Shown in pieces: positions 51,179 to 61,817 of a DNA stretch of 64,000 nt (within the stretch, counting starts at the first letter, position 1; the number at the start of each line of letters is the position of its first letter). The DNA is from an uncultured Flavobacteriaceae bacterium. GTDB taxonomy: Bacteria; Bacteroidota; Bacteroidia; Flavobacteriales; Flavobacteriaceae. The translations under genes were made by a program, and so were the position numbers. The DNA is taken from NCBI GenBank assembly GCA_943788095.1, contig CALSOZ010000005.1, forward strand, positions 1,851-65,850, given 5' to 3'. The notes under the pieces are model-generated. The model was not told where the DNA came from, searched no databases, and worked only from the letters and a program-made list of their open reading frames with translations.

Positions 51179-51430
51179 ATGGCAAATCATAAGTCAGCTT
51201 TAAAAAGAATTAGAAGTAACGAGTCTAAGCGTGTACTAAATAAGTACCAGCACAAAACAACACGTAATGTGATTAAGAAGTTACGTGAAACAACCGACAA
51301 GAAAGAAGCTCAGAAGTTGTTTTCTACGGTTTCTTCTATGATTGATAAGTTGGCCAAAAACAATATTATTCACGATAACAAAGCGGCAAACCTTAAGTCT
51401 GGATTGTCAAAATTTGTTGCAGCACTGTAA
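51179..51430 (+). CDS. rpsT: 30S ribosomal protein S20
   Basis: MANHKSALKRIR, IIHDNKAANLKS. Confidence 0.97.
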   Translation: MANHKSALKRIRSNESKRVLNKYQHKTTRNVIKKLRETTDKKEAQKLFSTVSSMIDKLAKNNIIHDNKAANLKSGLSKFVAAL

Positions 51431-51484
51431 CGAATACACTTTGTCGTCCTAACATAGGTTGACTTTAGTAATTCTATAAAATTT

Positions 51485-51519
51485 AAAAATCCTGTGAAGC
51501 GCGCTTCACAGGATTTTTT
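51485..51519 (+). terminator. Terminator after tRNA-Glu and rpsT
   Basis: AAAAATCCTGTGAAG-CGCG-CTTCACAGGATTTTT. Confidence 0.88.
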
Positions 51520-51556
51520 GTGTTTAAAAACATAGGCGTAATTTGTGGGGAATTTG

Positions 51557-51769
51557 CCCCCGCTAGCGCGAGCATCTTTTGCTCGTGCCCGGTAAGAGAA
51601 AAAAACGTAAAAAATTAATTAATCAGTAGAAATTATAATTAGATAATGAAATGTTTTAGTCTGTTTTTAGCACAAGCGAGACGCTTGCGCCAGCGGGGGA
51701 AATTATAATTAGATAATGAAATGTTTTAGCCTGTTTTTAGCACAAGCGAGACGCTTGCGCCAGCGGGGG
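51557..51769. mobile_element. REP/REPIN- or MITE-like non-autonomous element with a duplicated right arm
   Basis: GC-rich imperfect inverted ends at 51557-51588 versus 51670-51699 and 51740-51769; 70-bp tandem repeat 51630-51699/51700-51769 with 1 mismatch. Confidence 0.72.
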
Positions 51770-51834
51770 CGGCGACTTTTTTTATGCCTTAAAGTGAATG
51801 GAATCGCCATTTATTTAGATTAAAATTATTCCAT

Positions 51835-51871
51835 AAAAAAAAAGCCTCTCGAGATCGAAAGGCTTTTTTTT
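51835..51871 (-). terminator. Terminator of rho
   Basis: A-run-GCCT...AGGC-T-run hairpin. Confidence 0.75.
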
Positions 51872-51894
51872 ATAAATTCAAAATGAATAATTAA

Positions 51895-53562
51895 TTACCC
51901 ATTCATGGAGATTAAAAACTCCTCGTTGTTGCGTGTTTGTTTGAAACGGTCGTTGATAAATTCCATCGCTTCTACTGGGTTCATGTCTGCAAGGTACTTT
52001 CGCATTACCCACATACGTTGGATGGTTTTTTCGTCTAATAACAGATCGTCTCTACGAGTGCTTGATGAAGTAAGGTCAATAGCTGGGAAAATACGACGGT
52101 TGGAGATCTTACGATCCAATTGTAGTTCCATGTTTCCTGTTCCTTTGAATTCTTCAAAAATCACCTCATCCATTTTAGAACCAGTTTCCGTAAGGGCGGT
52201 TGCGATAATGGTTAAAGAACCTCCATTTTCAATATTTCTGGCGGCTCCGAAAAAGCGTTTTGGTTTGTGAAGTGCATTCGCATCCACACCACCACTTAAA
52301 ATCTTTCCAGAGGCGGGTTGCACGGTGTTGTAAGCACGTGCCAAACGTGTGATCGAATCTAAAAGAATCACCACATCATAACCGCATTCTACAAGACGTT
52401 TTGCTTTTTCCAAAACGATGTTCGCAATTTTTACGTGCTCATGTGCTTCTTTGTCAAAGGTAGAAGCAATCACTTCGCCACGTACATTACGTTGCATGTC
52501 GGTGACTTCTTCAGGACGTTCGTCAATTAATAATATCATTTGATACACTTCTGGATGGTTGGCAGCAATTCCGTTGGCAACATCTTTAAGAAGCATTGTT
52601 TTACCTGTTTTTGGTTGCGACACAATCATACCACGTTGGCCTTTTCCGATGGGAGAAAACAAGTCCATAATTCGGGTAGAAATGGTGCTTTGTTTTTCGG
52701 CGATATTAAATTTTTCTTTTGGAAAAAGTGGTGTTAAGTGTTCAAATGCCACACGATCTCTCACTGCTTGAGGGTCGAATCCATTAATTTTACTCACTTT
52801 AATAAGTGGGAAATATTTTTCGCCTTCTTTTGGAGGGCGTACATGACCCAACACCGTATCTCCATTTTTCAATCCAAACAATCGAATTTGAGATTGAGAC
52901 ACATAAATATCGTCAGGAGACGACAAGTAGTTGTAATCAGAAGATCTTAAAAAACCATATCCATCTTGCATCACATCTAAAACTCCTTCACTTTCAATGA
53001 TGGCTTCAAATTCAAAATCAGGTTCTTTGTAACGATTTCTAGTGTCCTTATTACCGTTATTGCCTTGTTTTTGATTTTGGTGCTTTTGGTTCGGATTTTG
53101 ATTCTGTTTAGAATTCGGATTTTGATTCGGGTTTTTTTGTTTTTGAGGCTTTGGTTTATTAGGTGTATCTGTTTTTGGATTTGCAGCTAGATGTGTCGAT
53201 CCTTCTTTAGATTTAGTGTTTTCTGAATCTACTTTTGCCGCTTCTGTAACAGGTTCCGGTTTTGATGGATTCTGTTTAGGAGCTTCAGCTTTAACTTGCT
53301 TTGGCGCTACGGGAGTTTTAGTTGCTTGAGAGTCTGCGTCTTTCGGTTTAGAAATACGTTCTCTTCTTGGTCTTGGTGTTTTTACGGTTGCTACGGGTGG
53401 TGCACTTGGTGCAACGATGTTAGGATTGGCTGCCTGTAAATCGAGTATTTGGTATACAAGATCAATTTTTTTTAAACTTTTAAATTTAGGAACGTTTAGC
53501 TCTTTGGCAAGTTCTTGTAATTCAGGAAGTTTTTTTTCTTTTAATTGTGAAATTTCAAACAT
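51895..53562 (-). CDS. rho: Transcription termination factor Rho with a long low-complexity insertion
   Basis: [43 protein letters not shown]. Confidence 0.97.
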   Translation of the reverse strand: MFEISQLKEKKLPELQELAKELNVPKFKSLKKIDLVYQILDLQAANPNIVAPSAPPVATVKTPRPRRERISKPKDADSQATKTPVAPKQVKAEAPKQNPSKPEPVTEAAKVDSENTKSKEGSTHLAANPKTDTPNKPKPQKQKNPNQNPNSKQNQNPNQKHQNQKQGNNGNKDTRNRYKEPDFEFEAIIESEGVLDVMQDGYGFLRSSDYNYLSSPDDIYVSQSQIRLFGLKNGDTVLGHVRPPKEGEKYFPLIKVSKINGFDPQAVRDRVAFEHLTPLFPKEKFNIAEKQSTISTRIMDLFSPIGKGQRGMIVSQPKTGKTMLLKDVANGIAANHPEVYQMILLIDERPEEVTDMQRNVRGEVIASTFDKEAHEHVKIANIVLEKAKRLVECGYDVVILLDSITRLARAYNTVQPASGKILSGGVDANALHKPKRFFGAARNIENGGSLTIIATALTETGSKMDEVIFEEFKGTGNMELQLDRKISNRRIFPAIDLTSSSTRRDDLLLDEKTIQRMWVMRKYLADMNPVEAMEFINDRFKQTRNNEEFLISMNG

Positions 53563-53773
53563 TATGTATGGTAGTTAATTGTCAAAGTCTTTAATTAAAT
53601 TAAAGATCTAATTGGTGAAATAATTTTGAAGAAGTGATTTATTGTGAAAATGGATAGGGCGAAAAAAAGTATAGTTTCGCTGTTATTTATGCAATTATAC
53701 AACTTTATTTTTAAACTTTTTATAGATGTAATAAAAAAGAAACTATTATTTTTGTCTTATTACTTATAAAACA

Positions 53774-54182
53774 ATGCTTCAAAGAATTCAAACTTTATAC
53801 TTGTTAACTGCTGCTGTTTTATCAGGAGGACTTTCTCATGTATTGTCCTTGTGGGTTGTAAGCGGCATTGAAGAGTTTGCCATAGATTCGATTCAATACT
53901 TTATTTTATTTCAAGCTTCGGCCTTACTTGTCGCTAATTTCTATTGTTCTTTTTAAAACGAGACAGACTCAATTTGTTTTGGGGCGTCTAAACATCATAT
54001 TAAACTTAATTTTACTAGGGTTATTTGTATACCGACTGCTAACTGTATCTGGAGAACCTGCGAATTCTGAGAAAGGTATTGGGTTGCTACTTCCTATTTT
54101 TACTATCGTGTTATTGGTTGTTTCCAATAAGGCCATAAAAAAGGATGAAGCACTCGTAAAATCTGTCGATCGGTTGAGATAA
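53774..54182 (+). CDS. DUF4293-like membrane protein, split by one apparent indel near 53927
   Basis: MLQRIQTLYL start and IKKDEALVKSVDRLR end lie in different frames. Confidence 0.75.
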
Positions 54183-54209
54183 ACTTATGATTTTAGTAGT
54201 ATTAGTGCG

Positions 54210-54241
54210 AAAAAACCCTCGAGATTTCTCGGGGTTTTTTT
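54210..54241. terminator. Bidirectional terminator between convergent genes
   Basis: A-run-CCCTCGAG...CTCGGGG-T-run. Confidence 0.75.
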
Positions 54242-54736
54242 ATGGGTTTCTTTTAAATTCGATCACTTCAAGATTTTGAATTTTTTCCCAGATATTTCAA
54301 ACCGTAACAGTAGTTCTGACTTTATGAATTCCATACGTTCCTGCGGCGCCTGGATTCATGTGTAATAAATTCAGTTTTTTGTCATTTATTACTTTTAAGA
54401 TATGCGAATGCCCACAAATAAAAAGGTTAGGGGTGTGGATTTTATTTGATCTCTCACGGCTGGTGCATAGCGACCGGGATACCCTCCTATATGCGTAATC
54501 CATACTTTGACGCCTTCACATCTAAATTTTAAATGTTCGGGGAATTCTAAGCGTGCTTCTGCATTGTCAATATTTCCATACACAGCACGTAAAGGTTTTA
54601 ATTTTTTAATCGCATCTGTGACACTCAAGTCACCAATATCGCCCGCATGCCAAACTTCATCGGCTTGTTTCACATATTTAAGGATGTCTTCTCCCATATA
54701 ACTGTGCGTATCTGAGAGTAATAAAATTTTTGTCAT
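54240..54736 (-). CDS. YfcE-like metallophosphoesterase, split by three apparent indels (~54431, ~54310, ~54283)
   Basis: LSDTH, HAGD, GN, THIG, GHSH, NPG motifs spread over several frames. Confidence 0.78.
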
Positions 54737-54816
54737 TAGAAAATGTTAATGTGAAAGCTATTAATGATAAAGTCTATTTATCTTTGTCTATCTAACTACA
54801 AAAGTATCAAATTAGC

Positions 54817-55572
54817 TTGAGATATTTTATTGATTTATCTTATAATGGTCGCGCCTATCATGGCTGGCAAATTCAACCCGATGTATCCACGGTACAAGCG
54901 GCTCTCAATCATGCGCTTTCTACAGTACTCAGGACACCGCTTGAATGCATGGGTGCGGGTCGAACCGACACCGGAGTTCATGCCCAACAAATGGTCGCAC
55001 ATTTTGATATCGATACACCAATAGATGTCAAAGACAGTGTATATAAACTCAATGTGTACCTTCCTAAAGATATCCATATCAACACAATCAAAGAAGTACA
55101 TCCTGAAATTCATGCCCGTTTTGATGCATTGAGTCGTACCTATATCTATAAAATTTCTAGAACCAAAGATGCTTTTAATTATCAAAATGCACATACATAT
55201 ACGCTTCCGTTAGATGTTGATTTAATGAATGAGGCAGCTAAAATTTTATTCGACTTTACTGATTTTCAATGTTTTTCAAAAGTAAAAACGGATGTTAAAA
55301 CCTATGATTGTAAAATTATGGAAGCCCTGTGGGAGGTTGATCAAAACAGTCTTAATTTTAAAATTAAAGCCGACCGTTTTCTAAGAAATATGGTACGCGC
55401 TATTGTGGGTACCATGATTGAAGTCGGAGCAAAAAAACGAACGCTCGAAGAATTTCGGAAAATTATTCGTTCCAAAAACAGGTCTAATGCGGGGACTTCT
55501 GCACCAGCTAAGGGACTTTATCTTATTAATATAGACTATTCTAAATCAATTTATATCGATGAAAAACCCTAA
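54817..55572 (+). CDS. truA: tRNA pseudouridine(38-40) synthase
   Basis: YHGWQIQP, GAGRTDTGVHA, FLRNMVRAIVG. Confidence 0.95.
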   Translation: MRYFIDLSYNGRAYHGWQIQPDVSTVQAALNHALSTVLRTPLECMGAGRTDTGVHAQQMVAHFDIDTPIDVKDSVYKLNVYLPKDIHINTIKEVHPEIHARFDALSRTYIYKISRTKDAFNYQNAHTYTLPLDVDLMNEAAKILFDFTDFQCFSKVKTDVKTYDCKIMEALWEVDQNSLNFKIKADRFLRNMVRAIVGTMIEVGAKKRTLEEFRKIIRSKNRSNAGTSAPAKGLYLINIDYSKSIYIDEKP

Positions 55573-57324
55573 AAACAAGGTTTTTGACTCGCAGTTATTT
55601 AAAAGGTTGCTGCATTATATTAAACCCTACACAGGTATTTTTATTATTGCGCTAATGACCGTTATAGGCTTAGCCGTTTTTGGGGCATTACGTCCCAAAG
55701 TGTTACAATTAGCTATTGATCAAAATATTGCTCAAAAGTTTGAGCCCGGCTTTTCAAAATACATCCTTGCGATGCTCGGATTGTTAATTTTAGAAGTGAC
55801 GTGTAATCTTTTATTTATCTATTATGCAAGTTGGCTTGGACAGTCGGTGGTAAGAGACATTCGAACGAAGCTTTTTAAGCACATTCTTGGTTTTAAAATG
55901 ACGTATTTTGACAACTCTTCTGTGGGCGTTTTAATCACCCGAACCGTGACTGATATGGAGCGAATTGCCGATATTTTTGGGGAAGGATTATTTATGATTT
56001 TCAGCGATATTTTAAAAATGGGCGTTGTAGGTGTGGTCATGTTTTATATGAACTGGCAACTTAGTGTCATTGTTTTTTGTGCGCTGCCTATCGTCTTGAT
56101 TGCTACCAAAATATTTCAGAAATACATGAAAAAAGCGTTTGAAGATGTGCGAACCGAAGTGTCTAATTTGAATTCGTTTGTTCAAGAACGGATCACCGGC
56201 ATGAAAATCGTTCAAATATTTGCGAGAGAAAAAATTGAATCCGAAAACTTTAGGGCCATCAATGACCGTCACAAAAAGGGATGGATTAAAACGGTTTGGT
56301 ATAATTCTGTTTTTTTTCCAATTGCAGATTTATTATCGTCGGTAACCTTAGGAACTGTGATCTGGCTAGGCGGTCTAAATACCGTGTTGGATCAGACGGC
56401 TTCTGTGGGCGATTTAACCGCTTTTATAATGATGGTGCCAATGATGTTTAGACCACTCAATCAAATCGCAAATAAATTTAACACCCTACAAATGGGCATG
56501 GTTGCTGCCGATAGAGTTTTTAAAGTATTAGATACCACCTCTAACATACAAGATCATGGAGATGTGGTACTTGAAAATATAAAAGGCGACTTAGAATTTT
56601 AAAGATGTTAAATTTTCGTATGTCGAAAACGAACCCGTTTTAAAGGGCGTGTCTTTCAATGTTTCTGCTGGAGAAACGGTCGCAATCGTCGGATCAACAG
56701 GTGCCGGGAAATCCACCATTATCAATTTGTTGAATCGTTTGTATGACATCAACTCCGGAAAGATCACGATAGATTCTAAAGATATAAAAACCATTGCTCT
56801 TAAAAGCTTAAGACAAAACATTGCGGTGGTGCTCCAAGATGTGTTCTTGTTTGCCGATACGATTCTGAATAATATCACCTTAAAAAATCCAGAGATCACG
56901 GAAGCGCAAGTCCAAGAAGCCGCTAAAGAAATTGGTATTCACGATTTTATAATGAGTTTGCCAAAGGGCTATCATTATAATGTCAAAGAAAGAGGGGTGA
57001 TGTTATCGTCTGGACAGCGTCAACTTAATTTCATTTTTAAGAGCTTACGTTACCAATCCAAAAATTTTAATTCTAGATGAAGCCACCGCTTCCATAGATT
57101 CTTACGCAGAACAATTGATTCAAGAGGCGACTCAGAAAATCACTCAAGGCAGAACCTCTATTGTAATTGCCCATCGACTGGCAACCATCCAGAACGCAGA
57201 TATGATTATTGTGTTAGAGGCTGGCGAAATCGTTGAAAAAGGTACTCACGCTGAATTGCTTAAAAACAAAAACGGCGCGTATCGGAATTTATACGACGCT
57301 CAATTTTTGACCAAAAACAGTTAA
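55559..57324 (+). CDS. ABC exporter (TMD+NBD), split by two apparent indels (~56600, ~57024)
   Basis: TMD, then GSTGAGKST, LSSGQRQ, ILILDEAT and AHRL in successive frames. Confidence 0.82.
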
Positions 57325-57326
57325 TT

Positions 57327-58110
57327 TTAAGACAAATCTGCTTTGATTTTCTCGATCAAATCTAAGGAGTCTTTATAAATTACAAATTCTCCGTTATTCA
57401 CATAAGAAACCTGTCCAGTTTCTTCACTGACCACCAATGCAATCGCATCTGTTTTTTCAGAAATTCCAATCGCTGCTCTGTGTCGTAATCCAAATGAGGC
57501 GGAATCTTTTTTTCGTTATTAACAGGTAGAATCACCCGAGTTGCTTTGACCGTATTGTTAGAAATGATAATGGCACCATCATGAAGTGGGCTGTTTTTAA
57601 AAAAGATGCTTTCTAAATTGGCTGAGTGACTGTAATATTCATTTCATCGCCAGTTTCTACTAGAAAGTCTAAATTGTTATTCCGCTCAATGACAATAAGC
57701 GCTCCTGTTTTGGTGCTTCCCATTTTGGTGCAAGCTTTGACAATTACATCAGCATCAGACGTATTAAGCGCCTGCGCTTTTAAGAAACTAAATCGTCGTA
57801 TAAAAGAGCCTCCTTTGCTCAGGTTCGTGGAGCCGATCATTAATAAAAATTTTCGTATTTCTGGTTGAAAAACTACAATTAATGCAATGATTCCAACACT
57901 CATAAAACCGCCCAAAATATTACTCAGCATGCGCATCTGAAGCACATCAACCAATAAGTAAAACAAGTAAAAAATAACAATCCCAAAAAAGATGTTTATG
58001 GCAACGGTTCCTTTGATTAATTTGTATACATAATACAGCAAAAAGGCGACTAAAACAATGTCGATAATATCTAATATATTGAAGTTTAATAAGTCTTTAA
58101 AAATATCCAC
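57327..58110 (-). CDS. cdaA: Diadenylate cyclase CdaA/DacA, split by two apparent indels (~57616, ~57501)
   Basis: 3 TMs, VFQPEIR, GALIVIER, then SPLHDGA, GLRHRAA and VVSEETG in shifted frames; GTG start at 58110. Confidence 0.82.
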
Positions 58111-58154
58111 TAGGTCTAATAATTTGAATAAATATAATAAATATAAAATGAACG

Positions 58155-58979
58155 CTACTTTTGAAGGGCGTTGTGAAGTTGAATACACTCAACGGCTTCT
58201 TTAACATCATGTACTCTCAGAAGTTTTGCGCCTTTTTGAAGCGCCACCATATGAAGTGCCGAGCTGCCATTCAGCGCTTGGTCTGCCGTGGTGTTTAAGG
58301 TTTTATAAATCATTGATTTCCTTGAAAGGCCAGCCAAAATGGGAAGGTTTAAGTGTTTGTAAAAATCGAAAGACGATAAGAGTTTAAAATTTTGCTCCCT
58401 CCTTTTTGAAAACCCAAACCCTAAATCTAAAATAATATCTTTTATTTGATGTGTTCTTGCGAGTTGTACTCGTTCGGAAAAATAGGTGTAAAGTTCCTGA
58501 ACGACGTTCGAATAATTGGTCATTTGTTGCATAGTTTGTGGGGTGCCTCGCATGTGCATCATGATATAAGGCACGCCGAGTGCTCCCACCGTTTCAAACA
58601 TTTGCGGATCTAACTGTCCCCCCGAAATATCGTTGGCCATTGCAGCGCCTGCTCCCATAGCTTCTTTAATCACTCGACTTCGAAAGCTGTCAATCGAAAT
58701 CATACTTTCTGGAAAGCTTGCGATGACTAAGTTTACAATCGGAATGAGCCGTCTTAATTCTTCCTCTTCAGAAACAAAATCTGCGCCAGGGCGGGAGCTG
58801 TAGGCACCAATATCTATAAATGTAGCCCCTTCTGTGAGAAGTTTTTCAACGTGTAATAAAATACTTTTTTCGTCTTTAAATTGGCCACCATCATAAAAGG
58901 AATCGGGAGTCACATTCAAAATGCCCATTACTTTTGGAGTGTTGAGATCAATAAGTTTACCTTTACAGTTCAGGGTCAT
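58155..58979 (-). CDS. folP: Dihydropteroate synthase
   Basis: MGILNVTPDSFYDGG, SSRPG, GLSRKS, LRVHDV; start set at MTLNC. Confidence 0.95.
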   Translation of the reverse strand: MTLNCKGKLIDLNTPKVMGILNVTPDSFYDGGQFKDEKSILLHVEKLLTEGATFIDIGAYSSRPGADFVSEEEELRRLIPIVNLVIASFPESMISIDSFRSRVIKEAMGAGAAMANDISGGQLDPQMFETVGALGVPYIMMHMRGTPQTMQQMTNYSNVVQELYTYFSERVQLARTHQIKDIILDLGFGFSKRREQNFKLLSSFDFYKHLNLPILAGLSRKSMIYKTLNTTADQALNGSSALHMVALQKGAKLLRVHDVKEAVECIQLHNALQK

Positions 58980-59084
58980 ATTCATATAGAATCGATAGTT
59001 TTTACCAAGATTTAAAACTTTAAACCATAAATCTTGATGTTTTGAATATTTTAAGCGAAATTTACGGAAAATTCGATTTATTTC

Positions 59085-59621
59085 ATGCAAAATACTTCAA
59101 AAGAATACGATGCCGTTGTACAAGTCTGTCTGAACCTGTTTTCTAAAAAAATGAAAGACTACGGATGTGCGTGGCGAATTCTTAGATTACCTTCGTTAAC
59201 CGATCAAATTTTCATCAAAGCACAACGCATTCGAGGGTTGCAACAAAACGCCGTTCAGAAAGTTGATGAAGGAGCTGCGAGCGAGTTTGTTGGAATTATT
59301 AATTATTGTGTGATGGCACTGATTCAAATAGATAAAGGGGTCGTTGAACAACCCGATTTATCCTTCGCAGAGGCGGTGGCGCAGTATGAAGACAAAATTG
59401 CAGAGACAAAACAGTTAATGCTTGATAAAAATCACGACTATGGAGAAGCTTGGCGAGATATGCGTGTCAGTTCACTAACCGATTTAATTTTACAAAAATT
59501 ATTACGCGTCAAACAAATTGAAGACAATGCTGGTCATACCCTAGTTAGCGAAGGAATTGATGCTAATTATCAGGATATGATCAATTATGCCATCTTTGCT
59601 TTAATTCACTTAAACGAATAA
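59085..59621 (+). CDS. DUF1599-like protein (two internal repeats)
   Basis: KMKDYGCAWR and KNHDYGEAWR. Confidence 0.8.
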   Translation: MQNTSKEYDAVVQVCLNLFSKKMKDYGCAWRILRLPSLTDQIFIKAQRIRGLQQNAVQKVDEGAASEFVGIINYCVMALIQIDKGVVEQPDLSFAEAVAQYEDKIAETKQLMLDKNHDYGEAWRDMRVSSLTDLILQKLLRVKQIEDNAGHTLVSEGIDANYQDMINYAIFALIHLNE

Positions 59622-59624
59622 AAA

Positions 59625-60719
59625 ATGAAAATATTAGTTCCTATTTCCCGCATTTTTGTTGGCATTTTATTTATCATTTCAGGATTTATCAAGCTTAATG
59701 ACCCTTTAGGGTTTTCTTATAAGTTGCAAGAATATTTTAGTGCAGACGTCTTAAATATTCCTTTTTTAGAACCTTATGCTTTAGTTATTTCAGTTTTGGT
59801 AGTGGTTCTTGAAGTGGTCCTAGGCGTATTTTTATTGATAGGATACAAGCCAAAATTCACCGTTTGGAGCTTGTTGCTCATGATTGTGTTTTTTACCTTT
59901 CTCACCTTTTATTCTGCGTATTTTGATAAAGTAAAAGATTGTGGCTGTTTCGGAGATGCTTTAAAATTAACTCCTTGGGAAAGCTTCACAAAAGATGTGG
60001 TGTTGCTTGTGTTTGTGTTGGTTTTGTTTGTAGGAAAATCGTACATCACTCCTATTTTTAAACCCCTTCCAAATACAATTTTAGCACTTTTGAGTTTTAT
60101 TCTCAGTCTCGGATTCGGATACCATGTGTTGATGCATTTGCCAAGTATTGATTTTAGACCCTATAAAATTGGAGATAACCTATTGACAAATATGAGTACT
60201 CCAGATGACGCGCCTAAAGCCATTCAAGAATTCACTTGGGTTTTTAATGTTAATGGAGAAGCACAAACCATTGTAACCGATGGGTCCTATCCAACTGTTC
60301 AAGGGGAGTATGTGAGTGTAGAAACGAAAGTTATTGAAGAGGGGTATCAGCCTTCCATTTTGGATTTTTCAATTGAATCGGAGGATGAAGATTTAACCAC
60401 TCAATTTCTTTCTGAGGAAAAACTTATTTTAATTGTGTCTTATAACTTAGACAGTGCTGAAGCGCAAGGGCTCCAAAAACTGAAAGCATTTTCTGAAAAC
60501 GCACTCTCCAAAGGCTACACCGTAATTGGGCTAAGTGCTTCTGGAGGCGATTCTAAATCGAAACTAAAGGCCAATTATGGACTTGATTTTGAATTTTATC
60601 TCTGTGATGAAAAAGCACTCAAAACGGTGGTGCGGTCCAATCCTGGGGTTCTGCAATTAAACAAGGGTACAGTTCAACAAAAAGTACACTGGAACGATAT
60701 TGAAAACTTAGATCTCTAA
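59625..60719 (+). CDS. DoxX/MauE-like membrane protein (BT_3928-like)
   Basis: FIISGFIKLNDPLG, DCGCFGDA, RSNPG. Confidence 0.8.
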   Translation: MKILVPISRIFVGILFIISGFIKLNDPLGFSYKLQEYFSADVLNIPFLEPYALVISVLVVVLEVVLGVFLLIGYKPKFTVWSLLLMIVFFTFLTFYSAYFDKVKDCGCFGDALKLTPWESFTKDVVLLVFVLVLFVGKSYITPIFKPLPNTILALLSFILSLGFGYHVLMHLPSIDFRPYKIGDNLLTNMSTPDDAPKAIQEFTWVFNVNGEAQTIVTDGSYPTVQGEYVSVETKVIEEGYQPSILDFSIESEDEDLTTQFLSEEKLILIVSYNLDSAEAQGLQKLKAFSENALSKGYTVIGLSASGGDSKSKLKANYGLDFEFYLCDEKALKTVVRSNPGVLQLNKGTVQQKVHWNDIENLDL

Positions 60720-60725
60720 CTGCTT

Positions 60726-61805
60726 TTGGGTAGATATATACTAAAAAAAATACAGCATGCTTTCTGGACCCTACTTGGGGTTGTTACTGCTATTTTTTTT
60801 CTTTTTAATGTGTTGCCTGGCGATCCTGCTCAAATGATGTTAGGACAAAATGAAGATCAAGCTCAATTAGCGATTGTAAAACAAAAATACGGATTTGATC
60901 AACCAGTCATGACTCAGTATTTGTATTACCTAAATGACTTATCGCCCCTGTCATTTCATTCCATAAATCCAAATGATTATACGTTTTTAGAATCGCATCC
61001 TTACACTTATAAAACCGTATTTAAAATAGCGAACACCAGTGTTGTTTTAAAATATCCATACCTGAGAACGTCGTTTACAAAACAAGGAAAAAAAGTCAGT
61101 CAAATATTAAAAGAAACGCTGCCTAACACCATTGTTTTAGCGATAGCCTCGATTAGCATTGCGCTTCTTTTAGGGTTGTTTTTGGGGGTGATTTCGGCGC
61201 TCTATAAAGATCATTGGATGGATAAAACCATTTTGATAGTGAGTACATTAGGGATGAGTTTGCCGTCGTTTTTCAGCGCTATTTTGGCTGCTTGGATTTT
61301 TGGGTTTTTATTGCATGAATACACTGGATTAGAAATGACAGGAAGCCTCTATGAATTGGACGATTTTGGAGAGGTCTATCAGTTAAAACTAAAAAACTTA
61401 CTACTACCAGCCTTGGTCCTTGGAATTCGTCCCTTAGCAGTCGTGACACAACTGATGCGAAACTCGTTATTAGAAGTATTTAATCAAGATTACATTCGAA
61501 CGGCACGAGCCAAAGGGTTAAGCGAATTTCAAATTATTACCAAGCACGCTATGAAAAATGCGCTCAATCCAGTGGTAACATCAGTTTCGGGCTGGTTTGC
61601 TTCCTTATTAGCGGGGGCTGTTTTTGTGGAATACATATTTGCATGGAATGGTTTAGGGAAAGAAATTGTAAATGCATTAAACACTCTAGATTTACCCGTA
61701 ATTATGGGGGCTGTTTTAATAATTGCCCTTACTTTTGTGCTGATCAATATTTTGGTTGATATTATTTACACCTATTTGGATCCTAAAATTAAACTAAACG
61801 ACTAA
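60726..61805 (+). CDS. DppB/OppB-like ABC transporter permease
   Basis: LPGDPA, DYIRTARAKGL, AVFVEYIFAWNGLG; TTG start. Confidence 0.9.
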   Translation: MGRYILKKIQHAFWTLLGVVTAIFFLFNVLPGDPAQMMLGQNEDQAQLAIVKQKYGFDQPVMTQYLYYLNDLSPLSFHSINPNDYTFLESHPYTYKTVFKIANTSVVLKYPYLRTSFTKQGKKVSQILKETLPNTIVLAIASISIALLLGLFLGVISALYKDHWMDKTILIVSTLGMSLPSFFSAILAAWIFGFLLHEYTGLEMTGSLYELDDFGEVYQLKLKNLLLPALVLGIRPLAVVTQLMRNSLLEVFNQDYIRTARAKGLSEFQIITKHAMKNALNPVVTSVSGWFASLLAGAVFVEYIFAWNGLGKEIVNALNTLDLPVIMGAVLIIALTFVLINILVDIIYTYLDPKIKLND

Positions 61806-61817
61806 ATCTATTTTAAG

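Noticed and set aside
51630-51769. Two GC-rich palindromic repeats with ~40-bp gaps, resembling a mini CRISPR array
   Set aside because: The would-be spacers are near-identical, a third copy is inverted, and no cas genes are present; this is a tandem duplication within a REP-like element.
56590-56610. Programmed frameshift at GAATTTTAAA in the ABC exporter
   Set aside because: It is one of many nearby indels in unrelated genes and the same gene needs a second correction; sequencing error is simpler.
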